Program-made: the position numbers and the translations under genes | In this document: positions 28,326 to 40,028 of the stretch, piece by piece | How the letters are laid out: each line of letters begins with the position of its first letter | Position numbering within the stretch: the stretch's first letter is position 1 | Notes under the pieces: generated by a model | Seen by the model: only the letters and a program-made list of their open reading frames with translations | Told to the model about the DNA's origin: nothing | The model's database searches: none | Assembly: GCA_963701965.1 (NCBI GenBank) | Contig: OY969695.1 | Span: 1,152,001 to 1,216,000 of the forward strand | From: an uncultured Gemmatimonadales bacterium | GTDB taxonomy: Bacteria; Gemmatimonadota; Gemmatimonadetes; Gemmatimonadales; Gemmatimonadaceae | DNA: 64,000 nucleotides | Reading direction: 5' to 3'

Positions 28326-31029
28326 ATGATGCGCCGCCATTGGTCGACGCTACCGCCCGGCGTCCGCCGCCTTTTTCGCCTCCCGCCGACGCGCGAGCGC
28401 CTCATGCGCGACCTCGACGACGAGGTACGCTTGCACATCGACCTCCGCGTCGCCGAGCTACGGGCGCTTGGCTTGAGCGACGACGAGGCTCGCGCCGAAG
28501 CGCTGCGACGTTTCGGCGATCCGGATGAATTCCGTGACTACTCCGATCGCCGCGCCACCAGGAACGCGCGACGCGCCGGACGGCGCGCGTCGCTGAGCGC
28601 CTGGTGGCAAGACATTCGCTTCGCCGACCGCCAGTTCCGCCGCGCGCCGGCCTTCACCGCGCTGGCCATCCTCACGCTCGCGTTGGGCATTGGGGCGAAC
28701 GCCGCGCTGTTCAGTGTCGTTCATCACGTGCTGCTCGCGCCGTTGCCGTATCCCGATGGCAACCGCATCGTCATGCTTGGCACGGTAGGCGGCGCACGCT
28801 TTCCCAGCGTCGCCGCCTTGCGAGCGATCCGGGCCCGCTCCCGCTCGGTCGAGACGGTGGCCGCTGTCAGCGTGGTGGCCATGGCGGTGCAGGAGGACGA
28901 CGGCCAGGACACCGTCTACGCCTATATCACGCCCAACTATCTCGCGATGCTCGGCGTCGCGCCGGCGCTCGGTCGCTCGTTCACGCCCGCCGAGGGGCGC
29001 GGCGAAGGCGCGTCCGTGGCGATGATCAGCTACTCGCGGTGGCAGCACCAGTTCGGAGGCCGCGCGGATGCTGTCGGCTCGACGGTTGAAATCAACTACG
29101 ACGGACGTGACGGTTCCGAGCGCCGGCGATATACGATCGTTGGCGTCACGCCGCCCTCGATGGCGCTTCCCATGTCGGCCGGGTCGTTCAATCACAACCT
29201 GCACGAAGCCAAGCCCGGCGTGTGGCTGCCGAGCGATCTGCCCGGATGGGCCGATACGGAGCGTCCCAACTCGTACGCCCGACTGCGCGCGGGCGTGAGC
29301 GTGGAGCAGGCGACGCGGGAGCTTCAAAGCATTGTCGACTCATCGCCGGAGATTGGGGAGCGGCGTTCGACCATCACGCTGATGCGCGCGCAAGACCTGC
29401 TCGATCCGACTCAGACGCGCATGATTGAAGTCTTGTTCGCGGCGGTCGGCGTGCTGTTGCTCATCTCGTGCGCGAACGTGGCCAACCTGCTCATGGCGCG
29501 CGCCTGGACACGCCGGCGCGAGTTTGCGGTCCGCTCGGCTCTCGGCGCCGGCCGCGCGCGTCTCGCACGGCAGGTACTGACCGAGAGCACCCTGCTGGCG
29601 CTCGCTGGCGGCCTGCTCGGCATCGTGGTCGCGTGGCTGACGCTGCGCGTCATCATCGTGCTGCGACCCCCGACCCTCGCCAATCTCGACAACGTCCATA
29701 TCGAACCGGCCGTGCTCCTCTGGAGCGCGGGGATCTCCGTCCTCACGGGCGTCCTGTTCGGGACACTGCCGGCCCTGTTCGCCGCCCGCGGCTGCCGTGG
29801 CCGACGTGCTGCACAGCGAGACGCGCGGCGGAACAGGCAGCATCGCCACGCGCCGCGTCCGTTCGGCCCTGGTCGTATTCGAGATCGCCCTGTCGCTCAT
29901 GCTGCTCGTCGGCGCCGGCTTGCTGGTGCGCTCGTTCGCCGCCATGCAGCGCGTGCCGCTCGGCTTCGAGCCCCGCGGCATGGTGTCGTTCGATGTGCTG
30001 TTCGACCCCCGCACGTCGCGGGACCTCGGCACGCGCGAGGCGCTGCGGCATCAGATCCTGGAGCGATTGCGTGCCGTGCCTGGCGTCACCGACGCCGCCA
30101 TCGGGATGATCCCGACGGCGGGCTTCGGCGGGGTCTTGACGCTCTCCACCGATCCCGACCCCAGTGGCGTGGTCCGAAGCGTTCCGGAATTCTCGATGAT
30201 CTTCGTCTCTCCGAATTACTTCCGCGTCGCGGGCATTCGCCTGAGCGAGGGGCGCGCTCCCGATTCACTCGGCGCACTGAGGGACCCCGACACCACACCA
30301 ACCGAGGTCGTGGTAAATCGCAGCTTGGCCGCGCGCTTCTGGCCGAACGGCAACGCGCTCGGTGCGCACCTGCACGAGGGGGACGATACCCACTGGAAGC
30401 GGGGCTTCGTCGTCGTGGGGATCGCCGAGGATGTGCGTGTGCCGGGTGCCAGCCGGCTGGCGAGGTCCGCGGTGCTGTACCCGCCGCCTCGCTTCGCGTC
30501 GTTCATCGTCCGCACCGCTACGCCGGACGCGGATCTCGTGCCCGCGTTGCGCAAAGCGATCTCCTCGGTCGAACCGTCGCCGTTCGTTCAGACGACGACC
30601 ATTGGCGAAACCTTCATTCGCGACAGCCTCGCGCCGACGCGATTTGCCATGGCACTGTTCGTCGCGTTCGCGGCCGTCGCGCTGGTCCTCGCGACGGTCG
30701 GCCTCTACGGCGTGATCTCGTACGGAGTCGTTCAGCGCACCAGGGAGATCGGTGTGCGCGTCGCTTTAGGGGCGGAGCCGGCGGCGGTCACGCGGCTCGT
30801 CGTCGCCAATGGCCTTCGTCTCGCGGCCGCCGGCATCGGTATCGGCGCGATCGCGGCGATGGTCGCCGGCCGCGCACTCTCAGGCATGCTCTTCGGCGTG
30901 TCGGCGGCTGACCCGGCGACGCTGTTGGCGATCACCGTCCTCGTCGCGGCGATCGCATTGTTCGCGTCCTACGTGCCGGCCCGGCGTGCGCTTCGCATCG
31001 ACCTGTCCGAGGCCCTTCGCGAGGAATGA
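28326..31029 (+). CDS. ADOP-family duplicated ABC permease; one extra base near 29793
   Basis: [13 protein letters not shown] prefix, [29 protein letters not shown]...[11 protein letters not shown]. Confidence 0.88.
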
Positions 31030-31049
31030 GTCCGGCGCTTAATTCGCCA

Positions 31050-33496
31050 CTACTCGCCGCGGATTGCGACTGTTGGATCGACCCTTGTCGCCCGGAACAG
31101 CGGCCCAGCGCACGCCACTGATGACGCCAGGAGCACTGCCACCGCAGCGAGAATGAACGTGACCGTGTCGAAGCCCTGAACACCGTAGACCATCGTCTGA
31201 GTGAAGCGCGTCACGCCGAGGGCGCCCACGAGTCCTATGCCCATACCGAGCGTCACCTGACCCAGCGCATCCCGAAGGAACAAACCGACGATGTCCCGGC
31301 GCGTCGCGCCGAGCGTCACCCGAACACCGATTTCACGAGTTCGCTGGCTCAGCGTGTAGGACACCACTCCGAAAAGACCGATGGCCGCGAGCAGGACACC
31401 GCACAAGGCGAACAGCAACAGAACGGCCATCGTAAACCGCGGCCCGGTCGTGGACCGTTCAATCTGCTCATTCACATCGTTGGACTTCCCACTTCAGCGG
31501 ATCCGGTTGCAGCGACTTGCGCAAAGCGCCGAAGCAACTCCCCAGCATCCTTTCGATGCAACCGCACAATGAGCGTCTGTTGAGATTGCCTGCCCGGGAA
31601 AGGGCGCATAGAGGGCCGGTTTGCTTGCCCGACGATCAAGCCGATTGGTCAGGATATCGGGAGCGACTCCAATCACCGTTTGCCATTGGTCGGAAGTCAC
31701 CGTCCGGCCTTGCATTACGAAATTGTCGCCCGACGACGTTGTCGTCGTGCCAGAGCTCGAGAGCAAGAGAGCGACTGACGATCACTTCGTTGCGCGAGCG
31801 CGAGCCCTCGTCGAACGGCCGTCCGGCGATCAGTGGTATTCGCAGTGTTGAGAAATAATCCGGCGCGACGTTGTTTCCGCCGGGCTTCATCGTGGGCCCG
31901 ACGGCTCCTGGGTGCTCTGGAGTCTCGACAGCCAAAGGGAACTCCATATCATCAGGCGTCCAGTCCGACGCAATCGTCAGATCCCGCGATCCCAATGCGC
32001 GCCCCGCCATGTCACGGATCGAGGCGGCGAACGCAGCCATGGCCTGGGGCGACTGTGATTCGTTGAACCCTCGGTCCAACGCCGAAAATGACACGTCATA
32101 GAGGTCCGCGAGGATCGAACCCGAGCCGTTCTCCCTCGAGGTCGACCACGACACGGACGAGGAGGATTGCTCCGACAAGCAGGATCGCCGAGAGCGCGAT
32201 TTGGCCGACGACCAGACTGGCGCGCAGTCGGCGGTGACTGGATGGCGCGCTCGATGCCCCGGAGCGCAGCGATTCTCCCAAATGCCCGTGCGCGATGTGC
32301 ACGGCCCCGAGTACACCGACCGCGAGCCCCATGGCAATCGCGAGACCGGCAGCGAGTGGGACGACTCCACGGGTTGTCGACAAGTACGACAGCGCCGGTA
32401 GGTTGGTCGGGCGCAGTAGCATCAATGCAGTGAGCGCTGCCCAGCCAACAAGCATGGCGAGGGCACCACCGGCCAACGCCAATAAGGTGCTCTCCGTCAC
32501 CAGTTGGCGAACAAGCCGGCTGCGGCCAGCCCCAAGTGCGTGGCGAACCGCAAGCTCCCGCTCACGCGTCAAGCCACGTTGGAGCAAGAGGTGCGATACG
32601 TTGCTGCAAGCAATGAGGAGGAGCAGCACGACTGCCCCTGTCAGGAGGAGCAGCGCCCGACGAAACGGCAGGTCGTCTTGCGGGCGGCTCAATCCTATTC
32701 GTAGGTGCGTTGATCCGAGCTCTTGATTGATGCCGCCAGTACGATCAAGAATGGCGGTCAGTTCCTCGCTCGCCGCTCGCCGCGACTGGCCAGGCCTCAG
32801 ACGTACGGCGACTCCCGAAATGTCCGATTTTTTACGGTCTATGAGCGGCAGCCAGATATCGGGTCTTTGAAACTGAAAGTCCGGAAGAACAAGCGACGCC
32901 GGCACCACGCCGACGATGGTGCTCGGGCGCGAATCTGAATCGCCGTACACGGTCAACCGGACAACCTTTCCCAACACGTTAGGTGAGCCACCGAATTGCC
33001 TGCGCCAAAAACCCTCGCCGAGCAGAATCGCACGCGGGCCGTTTGGTGTCGTCTCGTCGGGGGCAAAATTGCGTCCGATCAGTGGTCGAGCGCCCGTGAA
33101 TGCGAGGAAGCTTTCGTCGACCATTGTAGTCGTAACGCGGACATCATTGAGGTCGCCGTGAAGGAACGCGCCAGGCCCCCCGCCGTAGGGTGCGGCGGCT
33201 TCAATTGTTCGCGCGCTGCTCAGCAATTCATGTTCGATATTGACCGACATCGAACGCGGCCATGGTTCACCCAGAAACGTGTCCTCGAGAGAGAAGGCGT
33301 ATACGCGCGACGCGTCGCGGTAGGGGAGCGGCCGGACGAGAAACGTGTCTGCGGCGCTAAAGACGGCAGTACTGGCGCCGACGCCCAGCGCTATAGTCAG
33401 GAGCGTGACGAAGGCCCAGCCGGGGGAACGGCGGAACGACCGGAGTGCGAAGGCCGAGTCCGTCACGACGTCTTTCGCCATTTGCGAGATAGGCAT
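31050..33496 (-). pseudogene. ADOP-family permease split into four ORFs, lacking the N-terminal prefix
   Basis: Colinear fragments 32096-33553, 31636-32370, 31494-31766, 31050-31475 with GVGASTAVFS, CSNVSHLL, IGLFGVVSY; visibly lower GC. Confidence 0.75.
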
Positions 33497-33555
33497 GTAG
33501 CCGCGAATCTGCAACGCGTCCCGCCGCGCCGCTAGACACACAACGGCATGCATCC

Positions 33556-33590
33556 ATAAAGAACCATGATACAGCGCGATGAATCTTTAT
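33556..33590. promoter_or_regulatory. AT-rich inverted repeat between the divergent permease and DinB genes
   Basis: ATAAAGAACCAT-N11-ATGAATCTTTAT (10/12 match). Confidence 0.4.
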
Positions 33591-33669
33591 TGGTATTCGC
33601 TAAACACGAGAATCACATTGTTCGCGGGCGAGGAGTTCTTGGTGTCACCTTCATACCCTAAAGGGATCC

Positions 33670-34200
33670 GTGCGCTTAACCCTTGTCTCGTCAATATTCG
33701 CGTTGATGTGCATGCCGACTCCCGCGGCTGCACAGAGCGACCCGGTGTCCGATGCGTTTCGCGTCATCGTCAAGCGCGTCGAGCGCCGCCTCATCGCATC
33801 GGCGGAGGAGATGCCTGCGGACAAGTACGGCTACAGGCCCACGGCGCCTCAGATGACGTTCAGCGAGGTCGTGGTGCATGTCTTCGAGGGAAACGACGAC
33901 CTCGCGGCGTTGATCGCCGGCGTGAAGGCTCCGCAGCGGACGAAGGTCTCGGCCGCGGACAGCAAAGAGCTTCTGGTCGCGCGGCTCAAGGAAACGTTCG
34001 CGTGGTGCGACCGCGCCTTCGCGACGCTCCACGATCGCTCGCTCAATGACAAGGTCGACGCGGGCGACGGGACGACGGAAACGCGCGCGCAGGCGATGCT
34101 GGACGCGGCCGGCCACTGGGCGGACCACTATAGCCAATTCGCCATCTATCTTCGGCTGAACAGCCTGGTGCCGCCAACCGCCACGGACCCGAACATGTAG
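33670..34200 (+). CDS. Exported DinB-family protein
   Basis: AEEMPADKYGYRPT, FSEVVVH, HWADHYSQFAIYLRLNSLVPP; signal peptide. Confidence 0.85.
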   Translation: MRLTLVSSIFALMCMPTPAAAQSDPVSDAFRVIVKRVERRLIASAEEMPADKYGYRPTAPQMTFSEVVVHVFEGNDDLAALIAGVKAPQRTKVSAADSKELLVARLKETFAWCDRAFATLHDRSLNDKVDAGDGTTETRAQAMLDAAGHWADHYSQFAIYLRLNSLVPPTATDPNM

Positions 34201-34236
34201 CAACGCCCGGCGGCGCTCGGCGCTTGCTGCACTTCT

Positions 34237-34764
34237 TTAGGTGCCACGCCGGTTGGGCTGTCGCGTCCGCTCTCCTAGCGCATTCGACCGCGCGCGCGTC
34301 AAAGGTGTGGGAGATGGAAGAGCAACCGGCCGGTCGATCTGCGTCTTGAGCACGATCGAGGTCTCCGTTCCTTCGACTCCGGGGATCTGCCGGATCTGCT
34401 CGGCGAGCACCAGCAACGCCATTGTGTTCGCCACGCGGACTTTGAGCAGGAGGCTCGTCGCTCCGGCCACCGAATGGCATTCTTCGATGGCGCTCACCCG
34501 TTCGAGCGCCGGGATCAGCTCCGAGCATGGTCGGGAGGAGCGAACGCCCATGTATGCCAGCACCTCGAGACCAAACACCGTGACGTCGGCATCGATCGTC
34601 CACTGTCGGATGATCCCATCCCGCGCGAGGCGGCGCAGCCGGTCGTGCACGGACGACGGCGCGAGCCCGACGAGCCGCGCGAGGTCCTCGAGCCGCTGGC
34701 TCGCGTCGCGCTGGAGCGCACACACCAGGGTGTGATCCGTTCCGTCGATATCAGCCACGCGCAC
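34237..34764 (-). CDS. Lrp/AsnC-family regulator
   Basis: N-terminal HTH (LARLVGLAPSSVHDRLRRL), ECHSVAG, TETSIVL. Confidence 0.9.
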   Translation of the reverse strand: MRVADIDGTDHTLVCALQRDASQRLEDLARLVGLAPSSVHDRLRRLARDGIIRQWTIDADVTVFGLEVLAYMGVRSSRPCSELIPALERVSAIEECHSVAGATSLLLKVRVANTMALLVLAEQIRQIPGVEGTETSIVLKTQIDRPVALPSPTPLTRARSNALGERTRQPNRRGT

Positions 34765-34843
34765 CTCCAGTACCGAAGAAGTTTCGGTGCTTTTGCATCA
34801 ATATACATAATTCTTGTATTATGGTGTACCTGGAGGTTTTAAC

Positions 34844-35392
34844 ATGCAAGCACTACTCGTCGTCGACGCCCAGAACGAATTCTCGGCCGCCGGCCTGCGC
34901 CCGGTCCCCAACCACGACGCGGCACTCGCCGCGATCCGTCGCCACGTGGCCAATGCGCGCCGTGACCGGCGCCCCATCGCCTGGCTCCGGCACCACAACA
35001 AGCCACACGAATCCCGCGCCTTCGTTCCCGGCTCATGGGGCGCCGAGCTGTCGCCGGGACTCGGGCCAGATCTGAGCCATGGCGCCGAGCGGCTGTTCGA
35101 CAAGGATGTGTTCGGGGCGTTCACCGGGACGGGACTGGAGGCGTGGCTTCGCGGGCTGGATGTGACCGATGTGCTGATCACCGGCTTCTACACGCACATG
35201 TGCGTCTCGACGTCGGTGCGCGAGGCACTCGTGCGCGGCTTCGACGTCGCGGTCGACCCGGAGGCAACTGGCGCGCGCGAGCTACACGACGAGCAACTGG
35301 GACATCAGAGCGCCGATGACGTGCGCCGCTCGGCATTGCTTCAGCTTCTGAACATGGGGGCGACGATCGCGACGGCCGTCGCACCGGTCTAG
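34844..35392 (+). CDS. Isochorismatase-family cysteine hydrolase
   Basis: LLVVDAQNEF, FDKDVFGAF, GFYTHMCV (D-K-C triad); GGAGG RBS. Confidence 0.9.
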   Translation: MQALLVVDAQNEFSAAGLRPVPNHDAALAAIRRHVANARRDRRPIAWLRHHNKPHESRAFVPGSWGAELSPGLGPDLSHGAERLFDKDVFGAFTGTGLEAWLRGLDVTDVLITGFYTHMCVSTSVREALVRGFDVAVDPEATGARELHDEQLGHQSADDVRRSALLQLLNMGATIATAVAPV

Positions 35393-35402
35393 AGAGAGCG
35401 GG

Positions 35403-36044
35403 GTGCACGATGTGGCGCCCACCGTCCTCTCGGTGAACGTCGGACCGGTCCGTGAGGTCTCTTGGCGTGGCAAGTCGGTCCGGACCGGCATTTGGAAGTC
35501 GTCGGTCGGCGAACGCGCGGTCGCGTTGCGTGGCGTGAACCTCGATGGCGATGACCAGGCGGACCGCACCGTGCACGGCGGACCCGACAAAGCCGTCTAC
35601 GCCTACGCGGACGAAGACTATCGCGTCTGGACCGATGCCGAGGGTGTGCCGACCTATCCGGGTCTCTTCGGCGAGAACATCACCTTGCGTGGCCTGGAGC
35701 TGCGCGACGCGGTCGTCGGCGAGCGTTGGCGCGTTGGCACCGCGCTGCTCGAGGTCGCGCAGCCACGCCTTCCCTGCTTCAAACTCGGCGTCCGAATGGA
35801 CGATCCACACTTCCCGGCGCGCTTCCTGGCCGTGGGGCGACCAGGCGCCTATTTGCGCATCATCGAGCAGGGCGACGTATGGGCCGGGGCCGCGATTTCC
35901 GTCGTCCACCGTCCCGATCACGGCGTGACGCTTCGTCGCATGATCGACGCGGTGCGCGATCGACGTCAGGCGCCGGCGCTCCTGGAGGCCCCCCGGCTCC
36001 CCGGATTCTGGCGCCGTCTGGCGCTTGGCGAGACCGAACCATGA
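35403..36044 (+). CDS. MOSC-domain protein (YiiM-like)
   Basis: DDQADRTVHGGPDKAVY, FGEN, QPRLPCFK. Confidence 0.92.
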   Translation: MHDVAPTVLSVNVGPVREVSWRGKSVRTGIWKSSVGERAVALRGVNLDGDDQADRTVHGGPDKAVYAYADEDYRVWTDAEGVPTYPGLFGENITLRGLELRDAVVGERWRVGTALLEVAQPRLPCFKLGVRMDDPHFPARFLAVGRPGAYLRIIEQGDVWAGAAISVVHRPDHGVTLRRMIDAVRDRRQAPALLEAPRLPGFWRRLALGETEP

Positions 36045-37309
36045 CACGCTATTGCGAAGAGCGCGTGCGCCGCGCGCGCGATGCCGCCGACGACCACCGC
36101 CTCGCGGCCGCCATCCTCGCCTGGCGCATCGACGACGCGCTCGCCGATGCGCGCGCGTGGGACGCGGCCGCGCACCCCCCCGCACTCTTCGGCCTCACTA
36201 TGAGCGTGAAGGCCTGTGTCGACGTGGCGGGTTGGGTCACCCACGCAGGCTCGCGGGCATTGGCCGACGCCGCGCCCGCATCACACGATGCGTCCGTCGT
36301 CGCCTCGCTGCGCGCCGCCGGCGCGCTCATTGTTGCGCAGACCAGTATGACGGAGTTCGCCTTCTCGGGGTTGGGTGTGAACCCGCACTACGGCACGCCG
36401 CGCAGTCCGCTCTACGCCACCGGCGACCGGATCGCGGGCGGCTCGTCGTCGGGCGCGGCCGTTACCGTCGCCACGGGCGTCGTCGACGCCGCACTCGGCA
36501 CCGACACGAGCGGATCCGTCCGCGTCCCAGCCGCGTTCTGTGGCGTCGTGGGCTTCAAGCCGTCGGCCGGGCGCTATCCGATGGATGGCATCCTGCTGCT
36601 GTCGCCGTCATTTGACACTCCAGGCGTGATCGCGCGATCAGTCACGGTGTGTGACCATCTCGACGCATCATTGACCTTAGGTGCCGAGCGCCTGTCGTCT
36701 CGACCCCTGACGTCGATCCGCCTCGTCGTCCCGCGAGGCTTCATCGCCGGTCGCCTGGACGGCGCGGTCGCGACGGTATTCGACCGTGCGGTTCATGCTC
36801 TGGCGGCGGCCGGCGTACACATCGAAGAGTCCGACATGGGGTACCTCGCCGAGATCGGAGAGGTGGCCCGACAGGGCGGCGTGGTCTCTGCCGAGGCATT
36901 TCTTTGGCACGAGCCGCTCCTGGAACGCCGCGCGGCGGTCTACGATCCCCGGGTCGGACCGCGGATCGCCGCGGGCGCGACGGTGCGCGCCGCGGACTAC
37001 ATCCGTGCCAAACGACGTCTGCACGAGCTGTGGATCCAGTACTCGCGTGACATGCACGGCTTCGACGCGTTGTTGACTCCCACCGTACCGCTCGAGCCTC
37101 CCGCGCTCGACGATCTCGCCGAGGACGTCCACTACTTTGCGCTCAACCAACGCGTCCTGTATTTCACGGAGCTGGCCAACCGGATCGATGTGCCGAGCAT
37201 TTCTATCCCGGTCGGCGACGGATCGCGGGCCGTTGGTCTGCTGCTCACCGGTCTCCGTGGTGCGGATGTCGAGCTGCTCGCTCTGGCTCGTGCCGTCGAG
37301 AGCATGTGA
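36041..37309 (+). CDS. Amidase-signature family protein
   Basis: SVK, GGSSSG, GTDTSGSVRVPAAFCGVVGFKPS; ATGA overlap. Confidence 0.9.
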   Translation: MTRYCEERVRRARDAADDHRLAAAILAWRIDDALADARAWDAAAHPPALFGLTMSVKACVDVAGWVTHAGSRALADAAPASHDASVVASLRAAGALIVAQTSMTEFAFSGLGVNPHYGTPRSPLYATGDRIAGGSSSGAAVTVATGVVDAALGTDTSGSVRVPAAFCGVVGFKPSAGRYPMDGILLLSPSFDTPGVIARSVTVCDHLDASLTLGAERLSSRPLTSIRLVVPRGFIAGRLDGAVATVFDRAVHALAAAGVHIEESDMGYLAEIGEVARQGGVVSAEAFLWHEPLLERRAAVYDPRVGPRIAAGATVRAADYIRAKRRLHELWIQYSRDMHGFDALLTPTVPLEPPALDDLAEDVHYFALNQRVLYFTELANRIDVPSISIPVGDGSRAVGLLLTGLRGADVELLALARAVESM

Positions 37310-38088
37310 CCGACGACGCCGAGACGAATCCGCTCGCCCGCGGCTGGGCGTCCGGCCGAGCTGCCGTCGTCGGCTGGCTGCAGATCCCCGCCCCGCTGTC
37401 CGCCGAGGCTTTGTCTCGATGCGGCTACGATGGGCTGGTCATTGATCTGCAGCATTCCCCAATCGACCTGTCCGACGCGGTCGCCATGATGACGACGATC
37501 GAGCTCGGCGGAGCGGTCCCCCTCGCGCGTACTCGGGCCAACGACCCGGCCGAGGTGATGGCACTGCTGGACGCGGGCGCCTATGGGATCATCGCACCAA
37601 TGGTGGAGACCGCAACTGATGCGCGGCGCCTCGCGCACGCGCTCCACTACCCTCCGCGTGGTGGGCGCTCCTATGGTCCGCGCCGTCCGTCCCTCCGGTA
37701 CGGCGCACGGTACCTCCAGATTGCGTCGCAGACGATCATCTCGTTCGCCATGATCGAGACTGCGGCCGGGTTCGACAACATTGACGCGATCCTCGCCGTC
37801 GGCGGCATTGACGGGGTCTTCATCGGACCGTCCGACTTGGCGCTCGCGCTCGGCCGCCGCCCGGGCGTCGATTCCGATGACCCGGTGGTCGTCGAGGCTA
37901 TCTGTCACATCCGTGAACGCGCGCACGCCCACGGGCGACGTGTCGGCATCTTCTGCTCGGCACCGCAGTTTGCGCGAGAGAAGCTGGCTGAAGGCTTCGA
38001 CCTGGTGTCCATCACACCTGACCTCACGCTCCTCGTCGCCGCGGCGAGGGCCTCGCTCGAGGATGTGCGGCGTGCCCAAGAATCGTAG
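37306..38088 (+). CDS. HpcH/HpaI aldolase family protein
   Basis: IDLQH, LDAGAYGIIAPMV, MIET, FIGPSDL; GTGA overlap. Confidence 0.9.
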   Translation: MTDDAETNPLARGWASGRAAVVGWLQIPAPLSAEALSRCGYDGLVIDLQHSPIDLSDAVAMMTTIELGGAVPLARTRANDPAEVMALLDAGAYGIIAPMVETATDARRLAHALHYPPRGGRSYGPRRPSLRYGARYLQIASQTIISFAMIETAAGFDNIDAILAVGGIDGVFIGPSDLALALGRRPGVDSDDPVVVEAICHIRERAHAHGRRVGIFCSAPQFAREKLAEGFDLVSITPDLTLLVAAARASLEDVRRAQES

Positions 38089-38341
38089 CGCGTCCGACGC
38101 GAGCCCACAGCGATGCTGTCCTCGAGTACGCGCGGCGCATCGTCCGCCCGACAGCCAGCAGGCCATAGTCGTTGCGTCGCTCGTAGCCGGCTGCAGTGAC
38201 TGACCGCCCGGACCATGAGTGAGGAGCCGCCAGCGACGGGTACACCCCTCTTTTTGTTCCAGCTGGCAGAGATCTCGCTGACAGGTGCTCAGCACCTCAC
38301 ACGCGTGCCACCGCCTGGCGGGCGAAACGGGAGGATGCTCC

Positions 38342-39691
38342 ATGGCCGACGGAAGCGTCAACGACGTGTCTCATCCGCGGGCTGCAAAGCGAACGCGAGC
38401 GGGTGTCGCAACAGCAATCACAAGCGCCATGATGTGGATAGCCGGGTGCGGAGGTTCGCACGGCTACGCGCCGGGAAAGTTCCACGAAGACCTGGCAGCG
38501 CTGTACCCTCCCCAAGGAGAATTGCTGGCTCGTCCGCGATCCCTTGACCAGATTGGCCTTCCCATAGCTGCAACCCGTGCGGCGATACCGCCGGACAACC
38601 CGCAAACGCCGGCGAAAATTGCACTGGGACAGAAACTGTTCTTCGATCGCCGTTTGTCGGCGGACGGTACCGTCGCCTGCAGCACGTGTCACGATCCCGC
38701 ACACGCCTTCACGGACGGGCGGCCCCACTCGATCGGGATCAAGGGGCACGTTGGTCAGCGCAATGCGCCGACGATTCTGAACGCGCTCTACAACAAGACT
38801 CAGTTTTGGGACGGGCGCGCAAAGACGCTCGAGGAACAAGCAGCGCTACCGATCGTGAATCCGATGGAAATGGGCCAGCCCAGCCTCGAGGCTGCCGTCA
38901 GCCGGATCGCGGCCATTGATGAATATCAGCAGGCGTTCCGGACAGTGTTCGGTCGGCCGGCCGACAGCGCTGACATGGTGCGCGCCATCGCGTCCTATGA
39001 GCGAAATTTATATTCCTTCGGCTCGCCGTTCGATCGCTTCGTCGCCGGCGACGAAAATGCTATTGATGGTGCGAGCAAGCGAGGCTGGGAAATCTTCAAC
39101 ACCAGCGGTCGCTGCAACAAATGTCATGCCCTCTCGGAACAACAGCGCGACGTCACCTTTTTTAGGGACAACGATTTTCACAACATCGGCGTCGGGATCA
39201 CCGGGCACAATCTCGGGCAACTGGCATGCGAGGCCGAGCAGCGCATCAATTCTGGTAGTACGGCCGCCATCGATCAGGCCGCCATTCAGACCGACCTGTC
39301 GGTGCTTGGCCGCTTTCTCATCACAAAGAAAGAGTCCGCGATTGCCGCCTTCAGGACACCGGGCCTCCGGAACGTCCTGGTGACGGGACCTTATTTCCAC
39401 GACGGTTCGCACGAGACGCTGTGGGACGTTCTGGACCACTACAACAAGGGGGACGGGCTGCACGACGCATACCTCGATGTGGATATCCAGCCCCTCGGCC
39501 TGATGGAAGCGGACATCGACGACGTGGTAGCTTTTCTGGCGTCGCTCACAAGCCCGGAGTACCACGATCTGGGAATGCAGGAGCTGGCGCGTCAGCGCGC
39601 GCTGTCGCGGACCAATCGTCCGCAGCGTGAAACGGCGCGGGCCTTCGGTCCGAAAGCGCCCTTGCCGTCACCGCTCAGGTACTGCCCCTGA
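38342..39691 (+). CDS. Di-heme cytochrome c peroxidase (CCP/MauG family)
   Basis: LFFDRRLS..VACSTCH, RNAPT, QFWDGRA, CNKCH, FRTPGLRNV..TGPYFHDGS; start uncertain. Confidence 0.9.
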   Translation: MADGSVNDVSHPRAAKRTRAGVATAITSAMMWIAGCGGSHGYAPGKFHEDLAALYPPQGELLARPRSLDQIGLPIAATRAAIPPDNPQTPAKIALGQKLFFDRRLSADGTVACSTCHDPAHAFTDGRPHSIGIKGHVGQRNAPTILNALYNKTQFWDGRAKTLEEQAALPIVNPMEMGQPSLEAAVSRIAAIDEYQQAFRTVFGRPADSADMVRAIASYERNLYSFGSPFDRFVAGDENAIDGASKRGWEIFNTSGRCNKCHALSEQQRDVTFFRDNDFHNIGVGITGHNLGQLACEAEQRINSGSTAAIDQAAIQTDLSVLGRFLITKKESAIAAFRTPGLRNVLVTGPYFHDGSHETLWDVLDHYNKGDGLHDAYLDVDIQPLGLMEADIDDVVAFLASLTSPEYHDLGMQELARQRALSRTNRPQRETARAFGPKAPLPSPLRYCP

Positions 39692-39711
39692 ACGGCTGCG
39701 ATCTTAGCGAA

Positions 39712-39755
39712 AGAGCGGGCAACCGGACTCGAACCGGCGACGTCCAGCTTGGGAA
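39712..39755 (-). repeat. att copy A: 3' half of tRNA-Gly(CCC)
   Basis: 44-nt match (one mismatch) to 49867-49910, ending at the anticodon loop. Confidence 0.9.
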
Positions 39756-40028
39756 TCTGGCTCAAGCTGGCATTGTACGCGCCAACCGCGCCAAACATTG
39801 GGCACGTTGGTACGTAACCTTAGCGTTGCGCCGGCGAGTGGCGCAGGGGCGCGACCCGCGTCCATCAATGGCGCGAACGGCGGAGCGAAAAAATCCTGGC
39901 TTGCACGATAAGACGGCAAGGTGCGCCGGGCGCGCCAGCTGAGCCTGCCCGATTGTGCCGTCTCACGCCAAGGCCTGTCTCACGGCCACCGGCCGGGCTA
40001 CCTTCGCTCAACATACCAGCGAGGTACC

